NCBI GenBank assembly: GCA_963774265.1
Contig: CAVZDU010000003.1
Location: forward strand, 32,001 to 96,000
Direction: 5' to 3'
Length of the DNA stretch: 64,000 nucleotides
DNA from: an uncultured Chloroflexia bacterium
GTDB lineage: Bacteria > Chloroflexota > Anaerolineae > CG2-30-64-16
Part shown: positions 1 to 11,602 of the stretch, one piece after another
Layout: every line of letters starts with the position of its first letter
Position numbering within the stretch: position 1 is the first letter of the stretch
The notes under the pieces: model-generated
Seen by the model: the letters and a program-made list of their open reading frames with translations, nothing else
Database searches by the model: none
Told to the model about the DNA's origin: nothing
Position numbers and translations under genes: made by a program

Positions 1-107
1 ATGCGGAAGCGACCGGCAAAGGGCACGGCCGGCTTGGCGCGCTGCTCGGAGAGGACACCGAGCCGCGTGCCGGCTCCGCCGGCAAGGATCAGAGCCACAA
101 CACGCAT
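1..107 (-). CDS. glgC: Glucose-1-phosphate adenylyltransferase, N-terminal part (runs off the window)
   Basis: Manual translation [35 protein letters not shown] (LAGGxGxRL and RAKPAVPF motifs); AAGGAG SD upstream; absent from the ORF track. Confidence 0.85.
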   Translation of the reverse strand, partial: MRVVALILAGGAGTRLGVLSEQRAKPAVPFAGRFR

Positions 108-322
108 TACGCGCTCCTTCCACGGCTGGATATGCTGTCGCCGTTATCAGTGCGAATTGATAGGATGTCGCCGCATTGTCGCATGAAACACAACTCTTTC
201 GCAAACGCGTGAATTTGAAGGACGGTCAAGACCTTCGAGGTACGGTAACCTCGAAGGTTTATCTCTCTAGGCCTCATGTGACGTACGTCATAGCGCATTC
301 TGCAAACCAGGTGTAGCATTAC

Positions 323-343
323 TGCAAATGATTAGCAATAGCA
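323..343 (+). promoter_or_regulatory. Fur-box-like operator at the feoA start
   Basis: TGCAAATGATTAGCAATAGCA is an imperfect palindrome matching 13/19 of GATAATGATAATCATTATC and lies at the start of a Fe2+ uptake operon. Confidence 0.55.
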
Positions 344-615
344 TGAGCGCTCCCATGACCGACTCACCGCCTAACAGGCAGCCTATCAGGCTCATTGGCG
401 ACCTGCCCGCCGGAGCGGGCGGCATCGTGCACGCATTGACCGGCGGGCACGATTTTTGCAGCCGGATGGCCAATTTGGGGTTCACGACCGGCGCACTCGT
501 CAAAGTGCGCCAGAATTACGGCCGCGGCCCCATCGTCGTCGCGCTGCGCGGCACGCTGGTCGCACTGGGTCGCGCTGAGGCGGCGTGCATCCTTGTCCGC
601 CCGAGCGAGGCCTGA
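343..615 (+). CDS. feoA: Ferrous iron transport protein A
   Basis: RMANLGFTTGALVKV...GPIVVALRGTLVALGRAEA FeoA signature; start codon uncertain (328/343/355). Confidence 0.9.
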   Translation: MSAPMTDSPPNRQPIRLIGDLPAGAGGIVHALTGGHDFCSRMANLGFTTGALVKVRQNYGRGPIVVALRGTLVALGRAEAACILVRPSEA

Positions 616-2725
616 TGACAGCACCCGTGGCTAGCCCGGCCCTCAGTCCCGAGCGTGAAGCGCGGCCAGGCCGCCCGAATCTGCGCCTTGTCCAACCGGT
701 CTGTCACGATAGCGGCCCGGGCATGGCCCCCGCGCCTGACGCGTTGACCATCGCCCTGGTCGGCCAGCCGAACGTGGGCAAGTCCACCGTGTTCAACATG
801 CTGACCGGGCTGAACCAGCACGTGGGCAACTGGCCCGGCAAGACGGTGGAGCAGAAAACCGGCGTGTTCCACCACGAGGCAACTGCGGTCAACCTCGTCG
901 ACCTGCCCGGAACCTACAGCCTGACCGCCAACTCTGAGGAGGAGCGCATCGCCCGCGACTACCTGATCACCGAGCGCCCCGACGTCGTGATCGCGCTGGT
1001 CAACGCGGCTGCGCTGGAGCGCAGCCTCTACCTGGTCGCGGAGTTGCTGGCGCTGGACGTGCCGCTGGTGATCGGCCTCAACATGATCGACGTGGCCGAG
1101 CAGCACGGCATCCATGTCGAGCCGCACGTGCTCGCGGCCGCGCTCGGCGTACCGGTGATCCCACTTGTTGCCGCGCGGAACGAGGGCATCCGCGAGCTGG
1201 TCGGCGCCGCGCTCGAGCTCGCTGCTGCCCCCGCCGCATTCCGCCCAACCGGCCGGCGATCCGCCCCGAGCACCAGCCGGTGCTCGATCAGCTGGTATCC
1301 ATGCTCGACGGCTGCACGTGCGATCGCTACCGCGCGGACTGGGCCGCGCTCAAGCTGCTCGAAGGCGATGCCGAGATCACTCAGCAGATCAAATCGTCCG
1401 TATCGCCCGAGGTGTGGGACGAGGTCCACAAGCTCCTGCTGCAGCACGAGGACGCGTACCTGGACATTGCCGGCGGACGCTACGAGTGGATCGGCCGCAT
1501 GGTGCGCGCCGCGGTGACCGAACCGCGAGCCGGCGCGATCACGCTCACAGACCGCATCGACCGCGTCGCCACGCACCCCTTCTTCGGCCTGGTGTCGCTG
1601 CTGGGGATCTTCGGGCTGGCCTTCTCGCTCACCTACGCTGTCGCGACCCCGCTGTCCGGGTGGCTGTCTAGCGTTGTGCTCGGCGGACTGACCTCCCTGG
1701 CGCAGGTGACCCTGGCCGGCGCGCCCGTATGGCTTTCGGGCCTGGTTATCGACGGCCTGATCGACGGCGCGGGCACGGTGCTGACCTTCCTGCCGATCCT
1801 GGTCATCTTCTTCGCGCTGCTCGGCGTGCTGGAGGACGTCGGCTATCTGTCGCGCGGCGCGTACGTCATGGATCGCTTCATGCACCTGATGGGGCTGCAC
1901 GGCAAGTCGTTCCTGCCGCTTTTCCTGGGCTTCGGCTGCAACGTTCCGGCCGTGCTGGGTGCCCGCATCATCGAAGAGCGCCGCGCGCGGCTTCTGACCA
2001 TCCTGCTGGCGCCGCTGGTGCCGTGCACCGCACGGCTGGCCGTGCTCGCGTTCCTGGCGCCCGCCTTCTTTGGCGCGAACGCCGCACTGGTGACCCTTGG
2101 TCTGGTGGCGCTCAACCTGGTGATCCTGGCCGTGGCCGGCATCGTCGTCAACAAGGCGGCGTTCCACGGCGAGCAGACCGCGTTCATCATGGAGCTGCCG
2201 CTCTACCACGTGCCGAACGCCCGCACGGTCGGACTGTACGTGTGGAACAACACGACGTCATTCCTGAAGAAGGCCGGTACGTTGATCCTTGTGTCGTCTG
2301 CGGTGGTGTGGGCCTTGTCCAACCTGCCGGGCGGGGATGTCGAGTCGAGCATTTTGGCGACGGCCGGCCGTGCACTGGCACCCGTGGGCGGGCTGATGGG
2401 CATGACCGACTGGCGAATGATCGTCGCTCTGCTGACCAGCTTCTTCGCCAAGGAGAACACTATCGCCACACTCGGCGTGCTGTTCGGCGCACCGGAGGCC
2501 GGGACCGCGCTGGCCGCACAGGTCGCAGCGGTCATGGTCCCCGGCGCACGTCTCGCGTTCCTGGCGGTCGCCATGCTGTTCATTCCGTGCCTGGCGACGG
2601 TGGCCACGATCAAACAAGAGACGGGTTCATGGAAGTGGACCGCCGCGAGCATCGGCCTGCTGGTGGCGATCTCATACGGCGCGGGCGTGCTGATCCACCA
2701 GGCCTTCCGCCTGCTTGGGATGTGA
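615..2725 (+). CDS. feoB: Ferrous iron transport protein B (frameshift near 1250)
   Basis: GQPNVGKS, GNWPGKTVE, DLPGTYSL GTPase motifs, then membrane domain with GFGCNVPA, FIMELPLYHVP and PCLAT; two ORFs joined by one frameshift. Confidence 0.93.
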
Positions 2726-3021
2726 TGAGAATGGTCGAGCGTGAAGCGAACCTGCCGCTGCGTCTCTTGCGGCTGCTGTCCGGCGGCGGCATCCGTTCCA
2801 CGTCCGAGCTCGCCCGGAAGTTGGAGGTCAGCGACGGCCTGGTGACGATGATGGCAGAGGACTTGACGCGGCGGGGGTATCTGGTGGCGTTGAGCGGTGG
2901 GGAGTGCAGCTCGGGGTGCGCGGGATGCGGCCTGGCCGCCGCGTGCTCCGTCCCGACCGCGCGAGATCGCTTGCCCCTGTTGACGCTGACGCCGCGCGGC
3001 CGGGAGGTGGCCGCGTCTTAG
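2725..3021 (+). CDS. feoC: FeoC-like winged-helix, Cys-rich protein
   Basis: ATG overlaps the feoB stop; HTH segment SELARKLEVSDGLV and CSSGCAGCGLAAAC cluster. Confidence 0.75.
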   Translation: MRMVEREANLPLRLLRLLSGGGIRSTSELARKLEVSDGLVTMMAEDLTRRGYLVALSGGECSSGCAGCGLAAACSVPTARDRLPLLTLTPRGREVAAS

Positions 3022-3044
3022 TGAGAATGGTCTGCTAGCTTAAC

Positions 3045-4052
3045 CTACTTCGGCAATACCCTCAGCGGATCGATCAACCACCCATAGTCGCGGACCTCGA
3101 AATGCAGGTGTGGACCGGTGATGTTCCCGTTTGCGCCGGTCAATCCGATCACCTGGCCCTTGCCTACCACCTCGCCCGTGTCCACGTAGATGTCGCTCAG
3201 GTGGGCGTAAAGCGTCACGTAGTCCGTGCCATGATCGATCACCACCCGGAAGCCGTAGCCCGTCGGGTTCCACCCTGCCATGATCACCTTGCCGCGGTCT
3301 GCAGCCCGGACTTGAGTCCCCAGGGGCACGGCAATGTCGAGCGCGGTGTGCCCTTCATGCGCGCCCTGGGAAAGCCATCCGCCCGTCACCGGCCAGATGA
3401 ACTGCCCGTCGCCATAGGGCCATTCCTCGTACTCCGTGCCGCCCCACTGATCTTCCGGCCGGCTGACCGTTGTCCGGTCCGCGCGGGGCCTGGCGTCGGT
3501 ACGTGCGCCGGGCAGGAGGATGCGCTGCTTGGGCGTGACCCCATACGGCGGCGAGCTGAAGCCGTTCCACGGGATCGCGACAATCTGCTCGACCGTCACT
3601 TTGCTGCGTCGGGCGATCCCGGCCAATGTGTCACCCTTGCGAACGGTATAGCAGAGATCGTTGAGCGCGGGGACCACGATGGTTTGTCCGGCGGTCAATT
3701 TTTCAGCGTCTGCGCCGGTCGGCGTCGTGACACACGACATGGTGTCGAGATCGCGGCCGAAGTCGAGGGCCAACGACCAGAGTGTGTCGTCGGGCTTGAC
3801 AAGGTAGGTGAATGACGCGGCGTTCAGAACTGCAGGTGACTCGCTGGCAACGAACGGCAGGTAGACCCGTGAGAGCGCTCCGCCTGGGGTGAGTGCCAGG
3901 AGCTCCTCGAGGGTGAGTGGCCTGGGAGTCGATGTTGGCTGGGGAGTGGGCGTCGTTATGACCGGCGTCGCAGGCGCGCCAAGAACGGTGCTGTGCAGAA
4001 GCAGGGCGAACACCAGCACCAGAAACCCGGCTAGCAGTGCGGATCTCTTCAT
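3045..4052 (-). CDS. Secreted LysM-domain M23 family peptidase
   Basis: Signal peptide, two LysM repeats (YLVKPDDTLWSLA, YTVRKGDTLAGIA), HTALD and GPHLHFEVR M23 motifs. Confidence 0.9.
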   Translation of the reverse strand: MKRSALLAGFLVLVFALLLHSTVLGAPATPVITTPTPQPTSTPRPLTLEELLALTPGGALSRVYLPFVASESPAVLNAASFTYLVKPDDTLWSLALDFGRDLDTMSCVTTPTGADAEKLTAGQTIVVPALNDLCYTVRKGDTLAGIARRSKVTVEQIVAIPWNGFSSPPYGVTPKQRILLPGARTDARPRADRTTVSRPEDQWGGTEYEEWPYGDGQFIWPVTGGWLSQGAHEGHTALDIAVPLGTQVRAADRGKVIMAGWNPTGYGFRVVIDHGTDYVTLYAHLSDIYVDTGEVVGKGQVIGLTGANGNITGPHLHFEVRDYGWLIDPLRVLPK

Positions 4053-4161
4053 AGGTGCGCGTATGATACAGCGGAGTAGGCAGACGCGCAAGCCCGCTAT
4101 ACACCCCAGAGCGCATGGCGGGCCATTTGATCTCCTTTTTCGCGAAGATCTGCGGGCGCTG

Positions 4162-5178
4162 CTAATACGTCAGCCTGCTCTTCCCCGAGACACGTACCCG
4201 GAAGATGTAGAAATTCCACCCCTGGTACAGCAACACGACGGGCACCATCACCAGCGCGATGATGGTCATGACGCGCAGGGTGTAGGGCGTGGAGGAGGCG
4301 TTGGTCACGGTCAGGCTCCAGTCCGGGTTCAGGCTGGAGACCATGACCCGCGGATACAGCCCCCGGAAGGTGGTCACGACGGTCAGGGCGATGGTCAGGG
4401 CGGTCATGGCGAAGGCCCAGCCGAACCGCCGCTGGGTGAGGAACCACCCGCCGACCAGGAACGCCGCACCTGCGCCGATGGCGCTGATGCCCGGGTTGAC
4501 GCCCAGCCGCTGGAAGATGTCCGTGGCGAAGTAGGTTGCCACGACGGTCGCGGCGCCCACGACAAGAACTACAGGCCACAACTGGTTGGCCAGCGCTTCC
4601 GCGCGGCCCCGCACCTCGTCCGTGGTGCGCAGGCTGAGGAGCAGCGCGCCGTGCAGGGTGAAGACCCCCAGCCCCGCCAGCCCGCCCAGCAGGGCATACG
4701 GGATTCAGCAGGTTGAAGAAGCCGCCGACGTACTGCATGTTCGCGTCGATCGGCACCCCGCGCACGATGTTGGCCATCGCCACGCCCCACAGCAGGGCCG
4801 GGATCGCGCTGCCGGCGAAGATGGACCAGTCCCACAGCGTGCGCCAGCGGGGACTCTTGTCCTTGCTGCGGAATTCGAACGCCACCGCCGCGGACGATCA
4901 GGGCCACCAGCATCAGGAACAGGGCCAGGTAGAAGCCGCTGAACAGGGTGGCGTACCAGTTGGGGAACGCCGCAAACATCGCGCCGCCCGCGGTCAGCAG
5001 CCACACCTCGTTGCCGTCCCACAACGGGCCGATGGTGTTGATGATCATGCCGGCGCTCCTCGTCCTTCTTGCCCAGGAACGGCAGCAGGATGCCGACGCC
5101 GTAGTCGAAGCCCTCCAGGATGAAGAAACCGGTGAACAGCACGCCGATCAGGATGAACCAGAGCGTATTGAGTTCCAT
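4162..5178 (-). CDS. cydB: Cytochrome bd oxidase subunit II (several frameshifts)
   Basis: LEGFDYGVGIL, IGPLWDGNEVWLLTAGGAMFAAFP, NASSTPYTL spread over four frames. Confidence 0.9.
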
Positions 5179-5225
5179 CGTTGCCTCCGTGAGATCAGGA
5201 CGGGCGCAGCACGAACGCGTCCTCG

Positions 5226-6618
5226 TCAGATGCGCCGCCGCCCCGGGTCATCGTGGGCACGCCGTCGTTCGCGATCAGTTCCGTGTCGGCCCGCGCGTAC
5301 TTCGACCAGCAGGTAGACGTCGGCCACCATCAGCACGCCGTACACCAGCGTGAAGCCGATCAGGGAGGCCAGCACCAGCCCGCCGGAGACGGTCGCTGAG
5401 ACGCCCTGCTCGGTCCTCAGCAGGCCGAAGACGATCCACGGCTGCCGGCCCATCTCGGTCAGGATCCAGCCGGTGCTGTTGGCCAGATAGGGCAGGGCGA
5501 TGGCGAAGGGCAGCGCCGACGAGCAGCAGCGACCGCTTCGCCCACGTGGTTGCGCAGTGCCTGCATACAATGCCCAAGCCGCGAGCACCAGCATCAGGAA
5601 CCCGGCGCCGACCATCGCGCGGAAGGTCCAGTAGATCACGAACGACGAAGGGCACATAGTCGCCCGCGCCGTACTTCTGCTCGTACTCAGCCTGGAGGTC
5701 GTTGATGCCTTTGACCTCGCCGCTGGGCTGGTTGTAGGCCAGGATGCTCAACAGCGGCAGGGATGCGGATGGCGAACACGTCCTTGCGGTTGCGCATATC
5801 GCCGATGGTGAAGAGCGACATGGACGCCGGGTTCTCGCTCTCCCACAACGCCTCGGCGGCCGCCATCTTCATCGGCTGCGTCCGCACCATGTGCTGCGCC
5901 TGGCGAGTGGCCGACGAGGATCACCATCACCGAGCCGATGAGTGCAGCGACGTCGCGGCCACCTGGAACGACTGCAGAAGAAAGTCCGGTCGCGGTCCTC
6001 CGTACAGCAACCGCCAGGCGGTGATGCCGAGCATGAAGAACGCCGCGGTGGCCAGGCCGCAGAAGAAGACGTGCGGCCACTGCACCCACACGTGCGGATT
6101 GGTGACCAGTGCGCCGAAGTCGGTCATCTCGGCCCGGCCGTTGCGGAGGATATAGCCGACCGGCTCCTGCATGAAGGAGTTGGCGATCAGGATCCAGAGC
6201 GCGGAGAGGTTGGCGCCGAGTGGCGACCAGCCAGATCGCGGCAGATGCAGCTTCTTGGGAGCTTGTCCCAGCCGAAGATCCACATGCCGAGGAAAGTGGA
6301 TTCGAGGAAGAAGGCCAGCAGCGCCTCGATGGCCAGGGGAGCGCCGAAGATGTCACCGACAAAGCGGGAGTACTCCGACCAGTTCATGCCGAACTGAAAT
6401 TCCTGGACGATGCCGGTGACGACGCCCATGGCGAAGTTGATGAGGAACAGCTTGCCCCAGAACTTCGTCATGCGCTTCCACGTTTCGTCGCCGGTGACGA
6501 ACCAGATGGTTTGCATGATGGCGACCAGCACCGAGAGCCCCAGTGTCAGGGGCACGAAGAAGAAGTGGTAGACGGTGGTGATTGCGAACTGCCATCGGGC
6601 CAGGATCACTGGGTCCAT
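5226..6618 (-). CDS. cydA: Cytochrome bd oxidase subunit I (several frameshifts)
   Basis: [50 protein letters not shown]; 3' end approximate. Confidence 0.92.
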
Positions 6619-6682
6619 GGACTGTCCTCCTTTGCTCTTGCGGGTCAGCCAGAGGTTGCCGGGTGCAGGTAAAAGTTGGCTC

Positions 6683-6710
6683 AGCATAGCGGATTTCGCC
6701 ATCTTGTCAA
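6683..6710 (-). promoter_or_regulatory. Sigma70-type promoter of cydAB
   Basis: Minus strand TTGACA-N16-TATGCT about 65 nt upstream of the cydA ATG. Confidence 0.65.
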
Positions 6711-6810
6711 GGATAAGGAGATTGCTGGGCTGTTGTAGGCGCTGGTTGATGAGCACCCGCGCAAGAGGGACTACGAGGCCTGAGGCAACGCTGGAAGGGG
6801 AGGAAGGAAT

Positions 6811-6842
6811 GCAAGGGCGCCGAATAGGCTCGGCGCCCTTGC
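6811..6842 (-). terminator. Hairpin downstream of the cytochrome c gene
   Basis: GCAAGGGCGCCGA-ATAGGC-TCGGCGCCCTTGC, perfect 13-bp stem. Confidence 0.6.
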
Positions 6843-6849
6843 GGAGACG

Positions 6850-7281
6850 TTATTTCAGGGTCAGGAGATAGGCCACCAGATCGTTGATTTGCTGATCAGT
6901 CAGCTCGGTCTTGTAGTTCTGGGGCATGACGCTGGGGCCAAACCCCTCTACGAGTTCCCCGTTGGGGTCGACGAGCATCTCGCGCAACCATTCTGAAGCG
7001 CTCTTGGCCGTGCCCTTGTATTCCGGCTCCTTGAAGGCGCCAGCAGCATCGGTAGCGATTCCAGCCAGCGATGGGCCGACCAGGACCTTGCCGGCTTCTG
7101 TTGAGTGGCACGTGGCACATCCGGGCCCGTTGCTTTTGCCCAGGACTGCCTTGTGGAAGAGCGCGTCGCCACTGGAAGCATTTCCTACAGCACCCGACGC
7201 AGCGGGTGCAGGCTGACCGCCACCGCACGCGGCCACAAACAGGACGACCACCGTCAAAACGACCAAGATAGACTTCGACAT
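6850..7281 (-). CDS. Monoheme c-type cytochrome lipoprotein
   Basis: Lipobox FVAAC, CATCH heme motif, GPSLAGI, distal VMP Met. Confidence 0.88.
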   Translation of the reverse strand: MSKSILVVLTVVVLFVAACGGGQPAPAASGAVGNASSGDALFHKAVLGKSNGPGCATCHSTEAGKVLVGPSLAGIATDAAGAFKEPEYKGTAKSASEWLREMLVDPNGELVEGFGPSVMPQNYKTELTDQQINDLVAYLLTLK

Positions 7282-7309
7282 GCTTTGCCTCCCTTTCCGT
7301 ACAATTCGT

Positions 7310-9321
7310 TCAGCGTTCACTCGTCTTGAATCGCGGTGCCAACGCCGCCTTGCCTGCCGCGGCGCTGTCTGCTTGTGCAGCTCCAGCCTTATTATGCCAC
7401 AAGCTGGCATCTTGCCGCGAACCGCCGTCTGGCGCCAGGCTGCCGTCTGGCCCCGGGCTGCCAGCTTTCGCATCGTGGGCGTCGGCCGTGCTCGCAGACG
7501 CGAGCATGGCAGTCACCTCGCTGCCATTCACCGTCTCGTGCTCGCACAGGCGCTCGGCCAGCCGGTCGAGGGTCGCCCGGTGAGCACTCAACAATGCCGA
7601 GGCCTGGCTCGAGCGCCTCCTCGACGAGACGCCGCGTTTCGGCATCCACCTGGCCGGCCGTCTCCTGGCTGACCCGGCTGTCCAGCCCCCATGCTTGTGG
7701 CCCCAGGTAGGCGGCCTGCGGGTCACCGGCCAGTCGCACCGGCCCCAGCGCCGGGCTCATGCCAAACTCGGTGACCATGCGCCGGGCCAGGTCGGTGGCG
7801 CGGGCCAGGTCATCGGATGGCGCCCGTCGAGACCTCGTCAAAGGTCAGCGACTCGGCCGCCCGTCCGCCCAGCATCACCGCCAGCCGTGCCCGCAGCTCA
7901 CTCTGGCTCAACAGGTAGCGATCCTCGATGGGCCGTTGGATGGTGTAGCCCAGCGCCCGCCCGCGCGGCACGATGGTGACCTTGTGCACCGGGTCGGTGC
8001 CGGGCAGCAGGCTCGCCACCAAGGCGTGGCCCGCCTCGTGCACCGCCACGGTCTGCTTCTCCCACGGGTTCATGGCCCGCGTGCGCCGTTCCGAGCCGGC
8101 GACCACCCGCTCGATGGCCTCGTCAAAGTCGGCCATCTCCACGGCGTCCTTGCCCTCACGGGCGGCTGCCAGCGCGGCCTGGTTGACCACGTTCTCCAGG
8201 TCGGCGCCCGAGAAGCCGGGCGTGATGCGGGCCACGGCCTGCAGGTCCACATCCGGCTGCCAGGGTGACCGGGCGCGCATGGATGCTCAGGATCTCTTGC
8301 CGGCCCACCAGATCGGGCAGGTCCACCGTGATCTGGCGGTCGAAGCGGCCGGGCCGCAAGAGCGCCGGGTCGAGCACTTCGGGCCGGTTGGTGGCTGCCA
8401 TCACGATCACGCCGTGCTGCGACTCGAAGCCGTCCATCTCGGCCAGCAGTTGGTTGAGGGTCTGTTCCCGTTCCTCGTGCGCGCCCATGGCGCCCGCCCC
8501 GGCCCGCCGGCCGCCGATGGCGTCGAGCTCGTCGATAAAGATGATGCTGGGCGCGGCCTTCTTGGCCTGCTCGAACAGGTCGCGCACCCGCGAGGCGCCG
8601 ACCCCCACGAACATCTCGACAAACTCCGAGGCGCTGACCGAGAAGAAGGGCGCGCCCGCCTCGCCGGCGGTGGCCTTGGCCAGCAGCGTCTTGCCGGTGC
8701 CCGGCGCGCCGACCAGAATGACGCCCTTGGTCATCCTGCCGCCCAGGCGTTGGAAGCGGGCCGGGTCCTTGAGGTACTCGGTGATCTCCCGTAACTCGTC
8801 CACTGCCTCGCCGGCCCCACCCACGTTCTGGAAGGTGACGCCCGTCTGCTCGCCCTGGATGACGCGCGCCTTGCTCTTGCCGAAGGAGAAGATGCCGCCG
8901 GCGCCCCCGGCGCCTCCGCCGCGCCCCTCATGCTCTTGAGCATCGAAGTACCCGAAGGCGCCAAACAGGACCAGGGGCAGGACCCAGCCCAGCAACGCCA
9001 GGATGCCCCCGTTGCTGGCGACCTGGCCGGTGGCATTGACCTTGTTGGCTTCCAGGTCTTTGAGCAAGTCCGGGTCATCTACCCGCACGGTGTGGTAGAG
9101 CCTTGCCGTCGGCCAGCTTGCCGGAGATCTGGTCGATGCCGACCGTGGCGGTCTCGATCTGCCCGGCACGCAGCGCGGTCTTGAACTCGGTGTAGGTCAT
9201 TTCGGTCGTGGGCGTGCCCAGTGACCCGCCAAACAGCATCTGGAGCAGCACGGCCGCTACGATCACCGGCAGCAGCAACCCAAGTGAGGACTTGAGCACC
9301 CGACCGGTAAGCTTTTAACAT
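7310..9321 (-). CDS. ftsH: ATP-dependent zinc metalloprotease FtsH (several frameshifts)
   Basis: [50 protein letters not shown]. Confidence 0.92.
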
Positions 9322-9374
9322 GTTCCCTCTTCGCGCCGGCGAGCACGAGTCAGGGAATACCTCTGAAGATGCTG

Positions 9375-9820
9375 CTAGCCAGAGCCCGCCGGCGCCCTAG
9401 GCATCACCGCGTCCAACAGCTCACTCGTGGGACAACCCTTGAGCAGAAAGGCGTCTGCACCGGCTGCCAGAACGGACGTGCGATCTGTGGCATACATCGT
9501 CAGCACCACGATCCTGATGGCCGGCCACCTGCTCTTGATCATCTCGGATCGCTGGCCAGCCATCCAGCCTCGGCTCAGGAGCGGACGCGCGTGCAGGTGC
9601 AGATCCATCACCACGACATCCGGGTGGAGCGCCCGCACCTGCTCGACCGCCTCCTGGCCATTCTCTGCTTCGCCGACGATCTCAAGGGGAAAGCAGCCGG
9701 CACTGGCCCGGCTCCCTCGGCATCACTGGGAGTGCTCCAACGCATAGCCGTGAGCAGGGCTTTCAGGCTGCGCCGGGCTCTCGGTTGGTCGTCGGCGATG
9801 AGCACTCGCAGTACGCACAT
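9375..9820 (-). CDS. Stand-alone response-regulator receiver protein (frameshift)
   Basis: RVLIADDQPRARRSL...PDVVVMDL...IVVLTMY...GADAFLLKG; no output domain. Confidence 0.75.
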
Positions 9821-9825
9821 AATAT

Positions 9826-10063
9826 TCACTCGCCTGATGTCTTCTCGTTCGGCCGCCGGGGCGTCCTGGTGGTCATGCATCCATCGGTTGCTCTGTGACT
9901 CGGCGTGCTGCCTGGTGTAGCCATATTTCTCCTGCAGCGCGTCCGCCAGCCGCTCGGCTTTGCCCCCGATCCTTTCCAGGTCGTCATCGGTCAGCTTGCC
10001 CCACCATTTTCTCGTCTGTCCACGCACCAGCCGCCACCTGGCCTCCAACATGTCGTTGTTCAT
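9826..10063 (-). CDS. CsbD family general stress protein
   Basis: MNNDMLEARWRLVRGQTRKWWGKLTDDDLERIGGKAERLADALQEKYGYTR; true stop uncertain because it reads into the next gene. Confidence 0.85.
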
Positions 10064-10500
10064 CAGCTAGTCTCCTGGGTTCTTGCACGGGGTTTCTGGC
10101 CTCGTATTTTCCCAAAGTACTGGCGAACTTTCGCCGCGATCTGGGGATCCGTCATCTTGTCTGCGGTTTCGACCCCAACGATCCGCTCGCCGAGCTCTTC
10201 ACGCTCAAGACGCTGCTGAAGTTCACCCTTTGCCTCACCAGGACCAAAGATCAAAATCGCATCTGCCTCTCGCACAACTCTGATGACCTTGTCGTAGTAC
10301 TGGCTGAGCTGGTTTCCAAAGCGCCTGTCTTGTTGGTCTTCTTCCAGCGAGGTCCCGGGTCCATCAAAGCGCGAACCGCCGGAAAACCGAACATCCTTCT
10401 CTATGTCTGATGTAATGTGTTCGGTCTTCTCTCCGCCGGCAGAAAGCATGACTATGCTGGCCTGGCGATGGTCAATCCACAAACCCGCTGCGCTTTTCAT
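10063..10500 (-). CDS. Host-attachment / eRF1 domain 2-like protein
   Basis: GLWIDHRQA...ILIFGPGEAKGEL...ETADKMTDPQIAAKVRQYF pattern of this conserved uncharacterised family. Confidence 0.6.
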   Translation of the reverse strand: MKSAAGLWIDHRQASIVMLSAGGEKTEHITSDIEKDVRFSGGSRFDGPGTSLEEDQQDRRFGNQLSQYYDKVIRVVREADAILIFGPGEAKGELQQRLEREELGERIVGVETADKMTDPQIAAKVRQYFGKIRGQKPRARTQETS

Positions 10501-10553
10501 GGGTATTTGCTCCTTTGTTCGGGTGTCGCCGCTGGATGCATGGCGCTGGTTGG

Positions 10554-10760
10554 TTAGCCGCCTGCGGAGGGCTTGTGAGCCGCTTGCTTCAGACGGCGCC
10601 GATGTGTGCGCTCACTTTTCGACAATCGCTTGGGCTTGATCTTGTCTGCCTTGTCTGTTTTGACTGGCTTGTCCGTTATGACTGGCTTGTCCGTTATGAC
10701 TGTCTTGTCCGTTATGACTGTCTTGTCCGTTATGACTGTCTTGTCCGTTATGTCTGCCAT
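10554..10760 (-). CDS. Small basic protein with (ITDKTV/ITDKPV)5 repeats
   Basis: GAGGAG SD 9 nt before the ATG; Lys/Arg-rich tail KPKRLSKSERTHRRRLKQAAHK. Confidence 0.6.
   Translation of the reverse strand: MADITDKTVITDKTVITDKTVITDKPVITDKPVKTDKADKIKPKRLSKSERTHRRRLKQAAHKPSAGG
10661..10750. repeat. 18-bp tandem repeat x5
   Basis: TGACTGKCTTGTCCGTTA repeated five times. Confidence 0.95.
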
Positions 10761-10817
10761 TCTTGCCATCTCCTCATTCTTGTTACGAACCGGGGAGCTA
10801 TGCTTGTCCCAGTTCAA

Positions 10818-10910
10818 AGCATAGCGGAAGGAGGGCAATCTTGTCGTCAGCGCAAACGCTAGGTTTTTCACAGCAGAAGGGCCGCCCCGGAGGGCCGCCC
10901 TTCTGCTATT
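10818..10910 (-). promoter_or_regulatory. Conserved upstream element, copy A
   Basis: GC hairpin, GTCGTCAGCGCAAACGCT box and minus-strand TATGCT; homologous to copies B-G. Confidence 0.8.
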
Positions 10911-10970
10911 TGTCGCATCTCATTTGTTGTATGGCGGTCTTGGCGCCCAGTTGAGGCGCCAGCCGGCGCA

Positions 10971-11006
10971 CAAAAAGGACCAGGTCTCGCATGGAAACCT
11001 GGTCCT
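10971..11006 (-). terminator. Rho-independent terminator
   Basis: Minus strand AGGACCAGGTTTC-CATGC-GAGACCTGGTCCT followed by TTTT, after the zinc-ribbon gene. Confidence 0.75.
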
Positions 11007-11039
11007 GTCGCTGGTTAGGCTATGGGGCGCTGACTATTT

Positions 11040-11396
11040 CTAGTAGCGTCCACCGCCCGATCGGGAACCGCTGGAGCGGCCGCTGTAGCTGCTGCTGCCC
11101 TGCTGGGTGCGGAAGCAGTCGGAGCAATAAACCGGCCGGTCGCCACGAGGTTGGAACGGCACTTCGGTCTGCTTGCCACATTGGGCGCAAACCGCCGGGT
11201 ACATCTGGCGTTCGCTGCCGTAGCTGCTGCCGCCACCGTAGCTGCTGCCGCCGTTGCGCGCAGCCTTGCGGGCGGCGCGGCAGTCGGGGCAGCGACCGGG
11301 AGTGGAGAAACCCTTGGATTGGAAGAATTCCTGTTCGCTCTCGGTGAAAGTGAACTGCTGGCCGCAGTCCGTGCAAGTAAGTGTTTGGTCTGACAT
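11040..11396 (-). CDS. CxxC-x17-CxxC zinc-ribbon protein
   Basis: CTDCGQQFTFTESEQEFF...RCPDCR, Gly-rich linker, CAQCGKQTEVPFQPRGDRPVYCSDCF. Confidence 0.9.
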   Translation of the reverse strand: MSDQTLTCTDCGQQFTFTESEQEFFQSKGFSTPGRCPDCRAARKAARNGGSSYGGGSSYGSERQMYPAVCAQCGKQTEVPFQPRGDRPVYCSDCFRTQQGSSSYSGRSSGSRSGGGRY

Positions 11397-11602
11397 GTTA
11401 GTCTCGCTAACTCCTGTTGATGATATATTCATGGAGACATCCAGCAGTGCAAGAGCAGCGAGGCGTTTATTCTGAGGGAGCAACTAGACCTGATCGGTTC
11501 CGAACCACTGATTTCTATGAATTAATTAGATAATATCACAGCCCCGACGAAAATGCAAATCTGGCGACATCGCGCGTTTCGAGCTGCCGAATTCGCACTC
11601 AG

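Noticed and set aside
9375-10063. Apparent CsbD-receiver fusion
   Set aside because: Lies in an indel-rich region and the receiver has its own ATG at 9820; unsupported without polished sequence
10661-10750. CRISPR array
   Set aside because: Head-to-tail 18-bp units with no spacers and no cas genes; it is a coding VNTR
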